Shown here one piece after another: positions 56,111-63,914 of a DNA stretch of 64,000 bases. This DNA is from a virus: IMG/VR virus record IMGVR_UViG_3300029199_000002; one strand, given 5' to 3'. Numbering within the stretch: the stretch's first letter is position 1; every line of letters begins with the position of its first letter. The notes under the pieces are model-generated. The model made no database searches and was not told the origin of the DNA. It saw only the letters and a list, made by a program, of their open reading frames with translations. Position numbers and translations under genes: made by a program.

Positions 56111-56377
56111 ATGAAAAAAGTATTTTTGGTCCTTTCTATCGCACTGACCCTAGCGGGCTGCGATTCCCTGGAAAGTCGAGTAAAACCCTTTGTTCACGAA
56201 GACGCCGAAATCAATGGACTTAGGGAAGGGCGGGACGGGGCGGTATGCGGGGAAGTTAGGAGACCCGGTGCGCTATGGCACCGGGTTGTTGTTGTAGACG
56301 AAGCCGCCCACTACTCAATTGACGTTATCACCTACGACCATCCGAGCGCCGAGGTCTACAAGAAATACTGCCTCTGA
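56111..56377 (+). CDS. moron lipoprotein (88 aa), opposite strand
   Basis: MKK + hydrophobic stretch + LAGC lipobox; VCGEV motif and C-terminal Cys. Confidence 0.8.
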   Translation: MKKVFLVLSIALTLAGCDSLESRVKPFVHEDAEINGLREGRDGAVCGEVRRPGALWHRVVVVDEAAHYSIDVITYDHPSAEVYKKYCL

Positions 56378-58126
56378 CTACCAGCCGGTGCGGTGTACAG
56401 ACTCCCTGCCCTTCCCTGCCGCAGACCCCACCTTTACCTTGCCCGTGATCGGCGGCGCGCCAATGACCACGCTCAGGCCCAGGTCTTCGATAACCATCGC
56501 GGCGATGCTGCAGTAGTTTAGAGAGTGCACCCAGTGGTCCGTGTCAGAGGTCTTTGTGAACCTCTCCACCATGTCTCCGTCCGCCGCACGGGCGCGGATT
56601 TTCTTCGTGGTCTTCAGGTGTTCGAAGATCTCCGACGTGATCTCCTCACGCATCGGGTAGTGGATCTCCCCTGCGTTGTGCTTGTTCAGCAGCACCGAGA
56701 GGGTCTTGGTACGGTCAGCGTTGATCACCATGCCGTCCGCCTTCTCATCGATAGGCAGGATTCCGCTGACCTTGTTCACGTAGACTACGGCGCGGATACC
56801 TAGCCGGGCACCGACCAGGCTGTTGACCAGGGTGATATCCGGGCCGGCGTCGATGCAGAGCATCGCCATGCGGTAGTAGTCGAAGCGTGCCAGCACCTGG
56901 CCGGTGGCCGGCTCCTCTCTGGTGTTCCGGATCTTCTCGGCCCATACCACGTGCCAGTGCTTACCTACCTTGGCCTTTACTGTCAGGTGGCAGGTCTTGC
57001 CTACGTCCATACCTCCAATGGTCTGGCAGGTAACCGCCCATTGCTGGAAAATCCACAAGTCCACGTCAGATAAGCGCTGGCGGTGCTCTTTTGTCACCGT
57101 GAAGCTGTTCTCAGCATCGCTGTAGGGCAGCCCTATGACGAAGTTGTAGAAGTCGCTGCGCAGCGGGTAGTCGCCCATCTGCTTGATGATTGCCGGCGGA
57201 GTGTTGTACGTAGGCACGTCCCAGGGGTACACCTGATAGCTGTGGTCCCATACGTCTGGCCGCTTTGGTACCCACATCCTGCGCTCTGGATTCAGTAGAG
57301 ACTGCTGCAGGTCGTTGCCGCAGTCGGGGCACTTGATGTAAGCGTCCTGGATGCGGTGTCTAGTGTCAGAGACGTCTTCCCTTGTGAACTTGGTGATGCT
57401 GTCGTCGAACCCAGGCACGATGAAGTCATGGTCGAAGTCTGGCAGCACCCATTTGTGGCAGCAGCGGCACTTGACCATGTAGTAGCGCTGGTCGCCTGCA
57501 TTGAAGCCGGCATCCACCCCATAGTCCTCTACCGTTGGAGTAGAGAAACGCATCCGCATACCCCGGTTGCCCATCTCGTCAACCAAGCTTGCGTGTCGTA
57601 GACGGGAGTTCAACTTGCCGAGGATGACCTCGTTAGAGAAGTCCACCTCATCGCTGATGATGACCTCGGCGGGGACCGAGATAGCGCTGTTCGCACCGAA
57701 CGAGCCGGTGATGTAGAGGGTACAAGTGCCGATCTTCTTCTGGCTGGCAGAGTTCTGGGCCTTCTGGACCAGTCCACTGTAGAAGTCTGACTGATCAATT
57801 GCGCTGTCGAACCGGTCCTTGGAGAACGGCATGGCCATGTCACGGGTCGGCAGCGTGAAGATGATCCTGATGTGGCTCATGGTGGCGCCCATGGCGATGG
57901 TCTTCTGGACCATCACCTCTGACAGGCCTACCTGTGAGCACTTGCGAACGTCGATCCGAGAGCGAGTGTCGCGGATGATCTCCTGCTGAAATTCGTGGTC
58001 CTTGAATGTGTAGGGCTTGCCATTGACCCTGCCGTATTTGAGGACGACCTTGTCCAGCTCCCGCATGCCTTCCTCTCGATTGAGTTGCATTCGTAACCGG
58101 CTGGCGGCGGAAGCAGATTCAGACAA
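56378..58126 (-). CDS. terL: terminase large subunit (lambda GpA-like)
   Basis: KCSQVGLSE Walker A, ISDEVD, FSTPT, CxxC..CxxC zinc finger, GMDVG, CIDAG, DHW.H. Confidence 0.9.
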   Translation of the reverse strand: MSESASAASRLRMQLNREEGMRELDKVVLKYGRVNGKPYTFKDHEFQQEIIRDTRSRIDVRKCSQVGLSEVMVQKTIAMGATMSHIRIIFTLPTRDMAMPFSKDRFDSAIDQSDFYSGLVQKAQNSASQKKIGTCTLYITGSFGANSAISVPAEVIISDEVDFSNEVILGKLNSRLRHASLVDEMGNRGMRMRFSTPTVEDYGVDAGFNAGDQRYYMVKCRCCHKWVLPDFDHDFIVPGFDDSITKFTREDVSDTRHRIQDAYIKCPDCGNDLQQSLLNPERRMWVPKRPDVWDHSYQVYPWDVPTYNTPPAIIKQMGDYPLRSDFYNFVIGLPYSDAENSFTVTKEHRQRLSDVDLWIFQQWAVTCQTIGGMDVGKTCHLTVKAKVGKHWHVVWAEKIRNTREEPATGQVLARFDYYRMAMLCIDAGPDITLVNSLVGARLGIRAVVYVNKVSGILPIDEKADGMVINADRTKTLSVLLNKHNAGEIHYPMREEITSEIFEHLKTTKKIRARAADGDMVERFTKTSDTDHWVHSLNYCSIAAMVIEDLGLSVVIGAPPITGKVKVGSAAGKGRESVHRTGW

Positions 58127-58136
58127 GTCCCTCTCC

Positions 58137-58433
58137 TCAGATTAGCTTGCAGTTTGCGCGATTGTCACAGGTAGTCGATTGACACAGTGTTCTGGCAGCT
58201 TTGGCCAAGCTGCTTGGACCCTTGGGGTGTTTCACAGAGTCCACCCGAACAGGTATCTCCACCTTGAAAGCCCACTCCAGGGCCGTGATGAACCCCAGGA
58301 CCTGGTTAACCAGATAATTGGCGACCCAGTTCTTGAAGCCCTCTCCCGCCGGACACTTGCTTACGTCAGTGGTCCAAGTTCCCTCAGCCGAAACACGAAT
58401 CGGCACTAAGCCGAACAACAGGTATCTCTCCAT
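58137..58433 (-). CDS. hypothetical protein (98 aa) behind an SOS-box promoter
   Basis: ATG after GAAGTGG; directly upstream of terL. Confidence 0.55.
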   Translation of the reverse strand: MERYLLFGLVPIRVSAEGTWTTDVSKCPAGEGFKNWVANYLVNQVLGFITALEWAFKVEIPVRVDSVKHPKGPSSLAKAARTLCQSTTCDNRANCKLI

Positions 58434-58470
58434 TTTCCACTTCTCGCACTCGTTATTTTCACAGGGAACA

Positions 58471-58486
58471 CTGTATTTTTATACAG
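58471..58486. promoter_or_regulatory. LexA (SOS) box CTGTATTTTTATACAG overlapping the -10 of a - strand promoter TTGTCA-18-TATAAA (58507-58478)
   Basis: exact CTGT-N8-ACAG match with AT-rich spacer. Confidence 0.7.
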
Positions 58487-58711
58487 CAGTCCGTCAACCC
58501 CTGACAATCGCTTTCAGCTTCCATCCACCTAGCATATATGTAGTAGTAGAGTGCCACCTGCCGCGGCGGTCGCTGATCTTGCCTGTATTTTTGACGCCTG
58601 TCATACGCCGAAAAGCAGGTAAGTCCCCACAAATCTATCGGGATTGCTGTAAATACGGCGAAGATGGGCTTTTCTCCGCTTGTCGGATTAATCCTTTTTC
58701 AGCTCGCTCGG

Positions 58712-59254
58712 TCACACTTCTCCGGTCTCAATCCTTTCCAGCTCCAATAGCACTGCCTCTTGCTGCTCCCTCGTCATGTGGGACTCCATTACTCGACGCA
58801 GCGCCTCTTCCTGCTTCTGGATGCGGTCCAGGGTGTAAATCTTGGGCAGGTCGCGAACCATCACCTGGGTCACTTTTAGCGAAAGGTTTAGTGCGTCCTT
58901 CAGGGGGATTTCGTAGTCGTCGGCGTTGATTGTCTTGGTGCCGTCAGTGTTCACGATGCGGCGAAGTACGGTGTCCACAAGCTGAATCTGCTGCTTGAAT
59001 GTCATCAGGACACTGGCCTCGAGGCCGGAGATTTTGGCCACCATGTCACGGCGGGTCGTCGGGCTCATGGCCTCAACGATCTTTTCCTGGACCGCGTAGG
59101 ACAGCATGTCCTGGCGGAGCGCGCCGATGACGTCTTCCACCGCCATTCGCAGTGTCGGGTCGTCTGACAGCGCGTCTCCGCGAGGAGTCACGGTCAGTGG
59201 TGCGTAAGGTAGGCCGCTGCCCTCGTCGCTATTACCTGTGCGGTCGCCCCTCAT
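58712..59254 (-). CDS. putative terminase small subunit (180 aa)
   Basis: helical protein upstream of terL; ATG at 59254 overlaps stop of upstream peptide. Confidence 0.55.
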   Translation of the reverse strand: MRGDRTGNSDEGSGLPYAPLTVTPRGDALSDDPTLRMAVEDVIGALRQDMLSYAVQEKIVEAMSPTTRRDMVAKISGLEASVLMTFKQQIQLVDTVLRRIVNTDGTKTINADDYEIPLKDALNLSLKVTQVMVRDLPKIYTLDRIQKQEEALRRVMESHMTREQQEAVLLELERIETGEV

Positions 59255-59367
59255 TCGCCGTCTCCCCAGCTCACTTCCAACTCGCGGAACGCCAGAAACA
59301 TCAGGAACCCTATGGTGGTGAGTACCGCGCCACAGAGCAGGCCCCAAAACACGATAGTCACCACCAT
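59251..59367 (-). CDS. small membrane protein (38 aa)
   Basis: AAGGAG RBS; MVVTIVFWGLLCGAVLTTIGFLMFLAFRELEVSWGDGE. Confidence 0.6.
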   Translation of the reverse strand: MVVTIVFWGLLCGAVLTTIGFLMFLAFRELEVSWGDGE

Positions 59368-59393
59368 CTCGCTCCTTATGCTTCGTCGCGACT

Positions 59394-59675
59394 TCAGGCT
59401 TCGACGCGGATCTGGTCCGGGTTGGCGCTGTAGGTCAGCACGGTGCGGGCCGGAACTTCTACTTCGGTTGCGACGACGCCGCCCTTGATGGTGCGCGCTG
59501 CGTACTGGCGAGCACGGAACTTTCCGAAGCCACGCAGGGTGAGGTGGCCGCGATCGAATGCCAGCTCACTGATGCCAGCCAGGACGGATTCCACAGCGGT
59601 CTTGGCAGCCACTTTGGAGATGTCGGCGTGGGTGGCGACGAAGTTGATCAGGTCCTGCTTGGAGGCGTTACTCAT
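59394..59675 (-). CDS. HU/IHF-like DNA-bending protein
   Basis: SKQDLI..VA..ADISK..A..AVE.V, LTLRGFGKF, R, VPAR. Confidence 0.9.
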   Translation of the reverse strand: MSNASKQDLINFVATHADISKVAAKTAVESVLAGISELAFDRGHLTLRGFGKFRARQYAARTIKGGVVATEVEVPARTVLTYSANPDQIRVEA

Positions 59676-60057
59676 TTTGGGTGGCCTTTTAAGTTCTTGA
59701 GGTGGTTCTTGTGGGGTTATGCGTTGGGTCTAGGAGACTTGCGAGAGTTCCCGCAGGTGGGCAAACCCATATTGCTGTACTTACAGGTTTACAGAGTATA
59801 TCGGGTGGAGGTGGGTGTAAAGGGGTGTCGGTTTGGTGGTCGTTGAGGATGGGTGTAGAGGGTGAGGCTTTCGGTGGGGGTGATGAGGTCGTGGGCGGGC
59901 TGGGGGTGGCGGGCGGTGGGGGATGTCGGGGTGTATAACGATATAAGCCAGGTTTGGTTTTTCGTAAATTTTTGGGCGCGGAGGTAGGGGTGCAGGTGGT
60001 GTCCTCTATGTATAAAAAGAGGGTCCGGGGCTGTCTGAAATTTTCGCAAATTGACGC

Positions 60058-60086
60058 TTGACTCTATGTTTCTATTCCCGCATAGT
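60058..60086 (+). promoter_or_regulatory. sigma70 early promoter TTGACT-17-CATAGT
   Basis: direct match at a compositional boundary. Confidence 0.7.
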
Positions 60087-60092
60087 TCGTCC

Positions 60093-60780
60093 CAAGCAAC
60101 GCAAACAACGGTTGCCTAGCCAAGCCCTACGGGGTGAGGCGCAAGGCTCCAGCCTTGCCCGTTCTTTAAACCCGCTAGTGTGTCGCTCAACCGAGCGGCC
60201 TGTATTGAGTCACAACGGCAGAAGCTTTGCCGTTGCGGATAACCTTGCCAGTGGTCTGACTGCTGGCCAGCGCTACCTAACCCCGTCTATATGTCTGGCA
60301 ATGGCTGGCAAGGCGACGGGCAACGGAAGCAAGGCGCAAAAGGGGAAACGCCAGACGGTCTAGGCCTCGGGAGACAAAGAAATCAGCTTTTCAGCCTATG
60401 GGTATGAAGGGCGGAGCTTTGCCTAACGATCGGAGTGATCGGCACGCACTGCATTGGGCATCCTGTATTTACAGTTTTTCTGCTTTACAGCTTGCCGGAT
60501 CATTAAAAACTTATCGCTTTGCCAGACTATCCGCGCCCTAGTTGCGCCCATTGTTTGCCGCTATCTGCTATCCGTTGCCATTGCCTTCGATAGCGCACAA
60601 GAAAGCCGGCAGACGCTACAACTAACGGCCTTATAGCGGCAAAGCATGGAAACGGAAACGAGGCAGGCGGTAGCGTCTGCCTCGACTAGCTAAACCATCC
60701 CAGCGGCTTATACAAAGGGCATTCCACTAGATTGCCCTTTGCCGTAACCCACTAAAGAAAATCAGAACCTAAACGAAAGG
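60093..60780 (+). ncRNA. candidate large structured non-coding RNA / 5' leader
   Basis: ~700 nt with no convincing ORF, many perfect 8-12-bp local and long-range complementary pairs. Confidence 0.4.
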
Positions 60781-60790
60781 GAACCCCACT

Positions 60791-61510
60791 ATGAAAAGGC
60801 AAGCCACCGTTATCACCATCGCCGGTAAAATCATCACTGCCCAACAAGTCGCAGCATTCAACAAGTCGTTTGCCGGTCAATCTGAAATCATTACCACTTG
60901 GGCGAACTATTGCACCATTCATGCAGTGGCTCACAACAACATCGACCCATTGAATGCCATGCTAAACAATGCCGCATTTCGCCTCACAAGCGGCAAAGCG
61001 TCAAAACTTGGAAAAGAGGTATTCTCTTTCATTAAGGCCCACGCGCCCCAGATTCAAGAAGACACGAAAACCGGGCGCTTTATCGTCAAGAAAATGAAAG
61101 TAGAAAACCCGCAATTCAAGCACTTTGCGGACCCTTCAAACCTTGACGACGACGGCAAGCCAGCCATTGTCGAGCCGGGCGACTTTGCGCTTTCCTTCGA
61201 TGCTTGGCGCGTTCTGGAAGAGCCGAAAAAAGAGGAAAAGCCGGCCACATTGAAAGCCGCAACGGTCGCCAATCAAGTGCAAAAGGCATTGGACGCGATC
61301 AATGGCAAGCTTTTCACTGCGTCCGCCGATGAGGCTCGCCAGTTGGCCGAACAATTAAAAAGCTTGTTTGTAACGGTCGATTTTATTGCCGGCCAGCTGG
61401 CAAAGTCAGAAATGCCACTAGACACCGATAAAGCAGCCGAACTGCTGAAAAGCGGTCAAGCGGGCAAGTCGAAGCGTGCCGGTGGCAAGGTAGCGCCGGT
61501 TGCTGTCTAA
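60791..61510 (+). CDS. first early protein (239 aa), unknown function
   Basis: AAAGGG RBS, AT-richer codon use, followed by terminators. Confidence 0.85.
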   Translation: MKRQATVITIAGKIITAQQVAAFNKSFAGQSEIITTWANYCTIHAVAHNNIDPLNAMLNNAAFRLTSGKASKLGKEVFSFIKAHAPQIQEDTKTGRFIVKKMKVENPQFKHFADPSNLDDDGKPAIVEPGDFALSFDAWRVLEEPKKEEKPATLKAATVANQVQKALDAINGKLFTASADEARQLAEQLKSLFVTVDFIAGQLAKSEMPLDTDKAAELLKSGQAGKSKRAGGKVAPVAV

Positions 61511-61517
61511 CCCAACC

Positions 61518-61540
61518 AGCCGCCTTCGGGCGGCTTTTTT
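61518..61540 (+). terminator. intrinsic terminator
   Basis: AGCCGCC-TTCG-GGCGGCT followed by T tract. Confidence 0.92.
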
Positions 61541-61561
61541 ATTTCGCGCGCGCGTGCGTAT

Positions 61562-61584
61562 GCCGGCCTAGTGCCGGCTTTTTT
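61562..61584 (+). terminator. second intrinsic terminator
   Basis: GCCGGC-CTAGT-GCCGGC followed by T6. Confidence 0.75.
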
Positions 61585-61739
61585 ATGCCCGCGAAAAGGT
61601 GAAACGGCGCTGAAAAGTTCCAAAAAACTCCTGAAATTTCCCAGAAAATCTCCGGAAATAGCCAGAAATCTCCAATAAGTATAAGAAAACGGTTCGCCAA
61701 CCACATGACGTAACCAATCCCACAAAGGAAACCCACACC

Positions 61740-62174
61740 ATGCAAACCAACCAAACCGAGCAGGATCTTAGCCTGCCCAATGTCTACTTCGTCACCGTTT
61801 CGTCTGCTATCACTGGTGAGACCCACCACCTGTATATCCCGGCGGATTTCAGCGGTTCAGCATTCCGGAAAGCACAGAACATCTGTGCCGAAAGATTCCA
61901 CTTCCGCCCCTTCCGCTCGAACAGCACGGTGAAAATGCGCCGGCTGAAGCTGTCCGACTATCTGGAGAATCCGGATGCGCTCCGGGCTGCACTTGTCACA
62001 GCCGCCGAACTCGGCGAGCGCGACACTCTTTTGGCCCTCCGCCGCAGGCCGCAGGAAATCGCTGCAATGCTCAGTGTGGCTGAACAGCCGGTGATCGACT
62101 TCGATGCCGTCCTGGGCCGTCTAAAGGAGCAGCTGTCCACCCTCGACAGCCTGCCTGCAAAGGAGGCTGTGTAA
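61740..62174 (+). CDS. hypothetical early protein (144 aa)
   Basis: AAAGGA RBS. Confidence 0.8.
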   Translation: MQTNQTEQDLSLPNVYFVTVSSAITGETHHLYIPADFSGSAFRKAQNICAERFHFRPFRSNSTVKMRRLKLSDYLENPDALRAALVTAAELGERDTLLALRRRPQEIAAMLSVAEQPVIDFDAVLGRLKEQLSTLDSLPAKEAV

Positions 62175-62428
62175 TGGGCCGTCAGGTGAGTGCGAGTCTC
62201 GATGATCTGGCGCTGGCAGGGTGCCTCGTACAGATCGCCTTTTTCGTCGAGGACGACGAAGGCACCGCGGTGGTCGTTCGCAGGGCCCCCGTGGACTTCC
62301 CTGATGGCAGCCGCCTCACCAGCGATGTGGGCGACTTCCTCGTCTTCGACTGCCGCAACCGGCAGAGCGCGAACTTCTGGGCGCTTGAGCAGCTCATCGA
62401 CCTCGGTGTGCCCTTCACTTGGTCGTGA
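62174..62428 (+). CDS. hypothetical early protein (84 aa)
   Basis: TAATG overlap, AAGGAGG RBS. Confidence 0.75.
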   Translation: MGRQVSASLDDLALAGCLVQIAFFVEDDEGTAVVVRRAPVDFPDGSRLTSDVGDFLVFDCRNRQSANFWALEQLIDLGVPFTWS

Positions 62429-62440
62429 AGGTCATCCCGT

Positions 62441-62513
62441 TCGCCACGAGTAAAGGTGGCTACAAGTAAAGGTGGCCATGCGTTTCCATAGTGTCGCCAC
62501 GAGTAAAGGTGGC
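62441..62513. repeat. direct repeats: TCGCCACGAGTAAAGGTGGC x2 and AGTAAAGGTGGC x3
   Basis: 62441-62460 and 62494-62513; 12-mer at 62449, 62465, 62502. Confidence 0.9.
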
Positions 62514-62829
62514 CATCGGCAAAGGGGATTCCATCGTGTTCAACTTCCAAGTTTTCAGCAGCAGCGTACCGGGGAAGACCCGCGCCCACCTCGTCGAGGA
62601 CGACAGCGTCCTCCCCATCGCCTTCGTCGCGTTCACTGTCAGCGATGAGCCGGGGCCACTCAACGTATTCACCCGCGTCAGCGCCGAGCTGTACACCGGG
62701 GAAGGCTTCTACCCGGCTCGTCACAGCGCGTCCATGACCTGGCCCTGTGATACACCCATTCTTACTGACGAAGTGCCTGTGAGGCCCGTTCTGGGCTTCA
62801 TGGGCGAGGGCGTAAAGGAGGTCGCATGA
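62491..62829 (+). CDS. hypothetical early protein (start uncertain)
   Basis: coding-like frame, ATGA overlap with next ORF. Confidence 0.6.
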   Translation: MSPRVKVAIGKGDSIVFNFQVFSSSVPGKTRAHLVEDDSVLPIAFVAFTVSDEPGPLNVFTRVSAELYTGEGFYPARHSASMTWPCDTPILTDEVPVRPVLGFMGEGVKEVA

Positions 62830-63008
62830 GCATCACGCAGCAACTCGCCCATTGGCTGATCGCCATGGGCCTTGAACCGGCTATGGCCGCCCTCCTCGCC
62901 CTCCTGTCGCTTCCGGTTGGATTCCTCCTGGTCGGAACAGGTGTGGCAGGTCTCCTGGAAATCCGTGATCGTCGTAAGCGTGGACCTGTATTTACAGGTT
63001 TACGTTAA
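62826..63008 (+). CDS. small membrane protein (60 aa)
   Basis: AAGGAGG RBS, hydrophobic core. Confidence 0.65.
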   Translation: MSITQQLAHWLIAMGLEPAMAALLALLSLPVGFLLVGTGVAGLLEIRDRRKRGPVFTGLR

Positions 63009-63044
63009 ACTGTAGTAACAACGAACCGTGGTAAGAGGCCCAAG

Positions 63045-63809
63045 ATGAAAGTCACTCCCTATTTGTTCAAGCAAACAACCGTCCGCGTATATACCGACAG
63101 CGAGACCAACAAGTTCTATTTCCTAGGCCGCGACATCGCTGACCTGCTTGGATACCGCGATGCAGAGCCGATGACCCGAAAGCTGGGCGGCGAGGGATTC
63201 ATCCTCCGAAACATCCACGGCATCTGCACCCGCGAGGTGGTGCTGTTGGACGAGTACGGCCTCAACCTCAGTGTCTTTGGTGCCAAGATGGAAAAAGCCC
63301 GGGCCGTCCGGCGATGGGTACAAGATGAATTGCTGCCAAAGGTGAAGGAGCAGCATACCCTCGCCAATCGCCTAGCCAGCATCGGCGGGATCAGGCCCAA
63401 GGTCGGTAGTTCATCAGCCGGCTCAACCTCCGTCGAAGAGTTCAGTGAGCACACCCGCGGACGATTCTTCACTGTCGAGCAGTTCGCCGCAGCCATTGGA
63501 CTCAGTGGTGCCCGTGTGATCGACCTCCGCAATCAGGTGGCCATCGCCTACATGGCCTTGGAGCGCTCAGGAGGCCCCTACCCGCCCTCTGCCAACGACG
63601 ACGGCAAGGTTCTATACGAGGTCGAGTTCCTGCCCGTCCTGAGAGCTGCCCTCGCCTTCAGCCCTCGAAAGCCAGCAGCTGGTTATGGAAGAGCCATCGA
63701 CCACCTCGTTCGCAGAGGTAGGCTGGGCGTGGCTGATGCCGTCACGAGCAGCGAGTTGAAGGACTTCCTCACTGGCGACTTGAGCAGCGTAGGGGATGAG
63801 CAGCTGTGA
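63045..63809 (+). CDS. Bro-N domain protein (antirepressor-like)
   Basis: Y.F....VRV......YF...DIA.LLGY.D, LLDEYGL..SVF...ME.A.A.RRWV..ELLP. Confidence 0.8.
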   Translation: MKVTPYLFKQTTVRVYTDSETNKFYFLGRDIADLLGYRDAEPMTRKLGGEGFILRNIHGICTREVVLLDEYGLNLSVFGAKMEKARAVRRWVQDELLPKVKEQHTLANRLASIGGIRPKVGSSSAGSTSVEEFSEHTRGRFFTVEQFAAAIGLSGARVIDLRNQVAIAYMALERSGGPYPPSANDDGKVLYEVEFLPVLRAALAFSPRKPAAGYGRAIDHLVRRGRLGVADAVTSSELKDFLTGDLSSVGDEQL

Positions 63810-63871
63810 AGGTGGGGGTGCATGTATAAACAAGAGTACAAGTATATACGCATATATGAGAGAAGCCCTTA

Positions 63872-63914
63872 CTATATATATAATAAATAAATGTTTGTTT
63901 TTATATATATATAG
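63872..63914. repeat. AT-rich inverted repeat CTATATATATA-N21-TATATATATAG
   Basis: direct inspection. Confidence 0.85.

Noticed and set aside
59702-60049. ORFs in the G-rich tract on both strands
   Set aside because: Low-complexity translations (G/V-rich or P/H/T-rich) explained by strand bias.
60200-60215. Second SOS box CTGTATTGAGTCACAA
   Set aside because: Mismatch in the conserved ACAG half and a GC-containing spacer; not overlapping a promoter.
60058-60363. 101-aa ORF in the leader
   Set aside because: Its TTG start coincides with the promoter -35; no RBS; atypical composition.
58434-60790. tRNA genes in the non-coding gaps
   Set aside because: No cloverleaf with T-loop GTTCRA and D-loop signatures recognised by eye; tRNAscan-SE would confirm.
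62441-62513. CRISPR mini-array
   Set aside because: Repeats are only 12-20 bp, irregularly spaced, with no cas genes.
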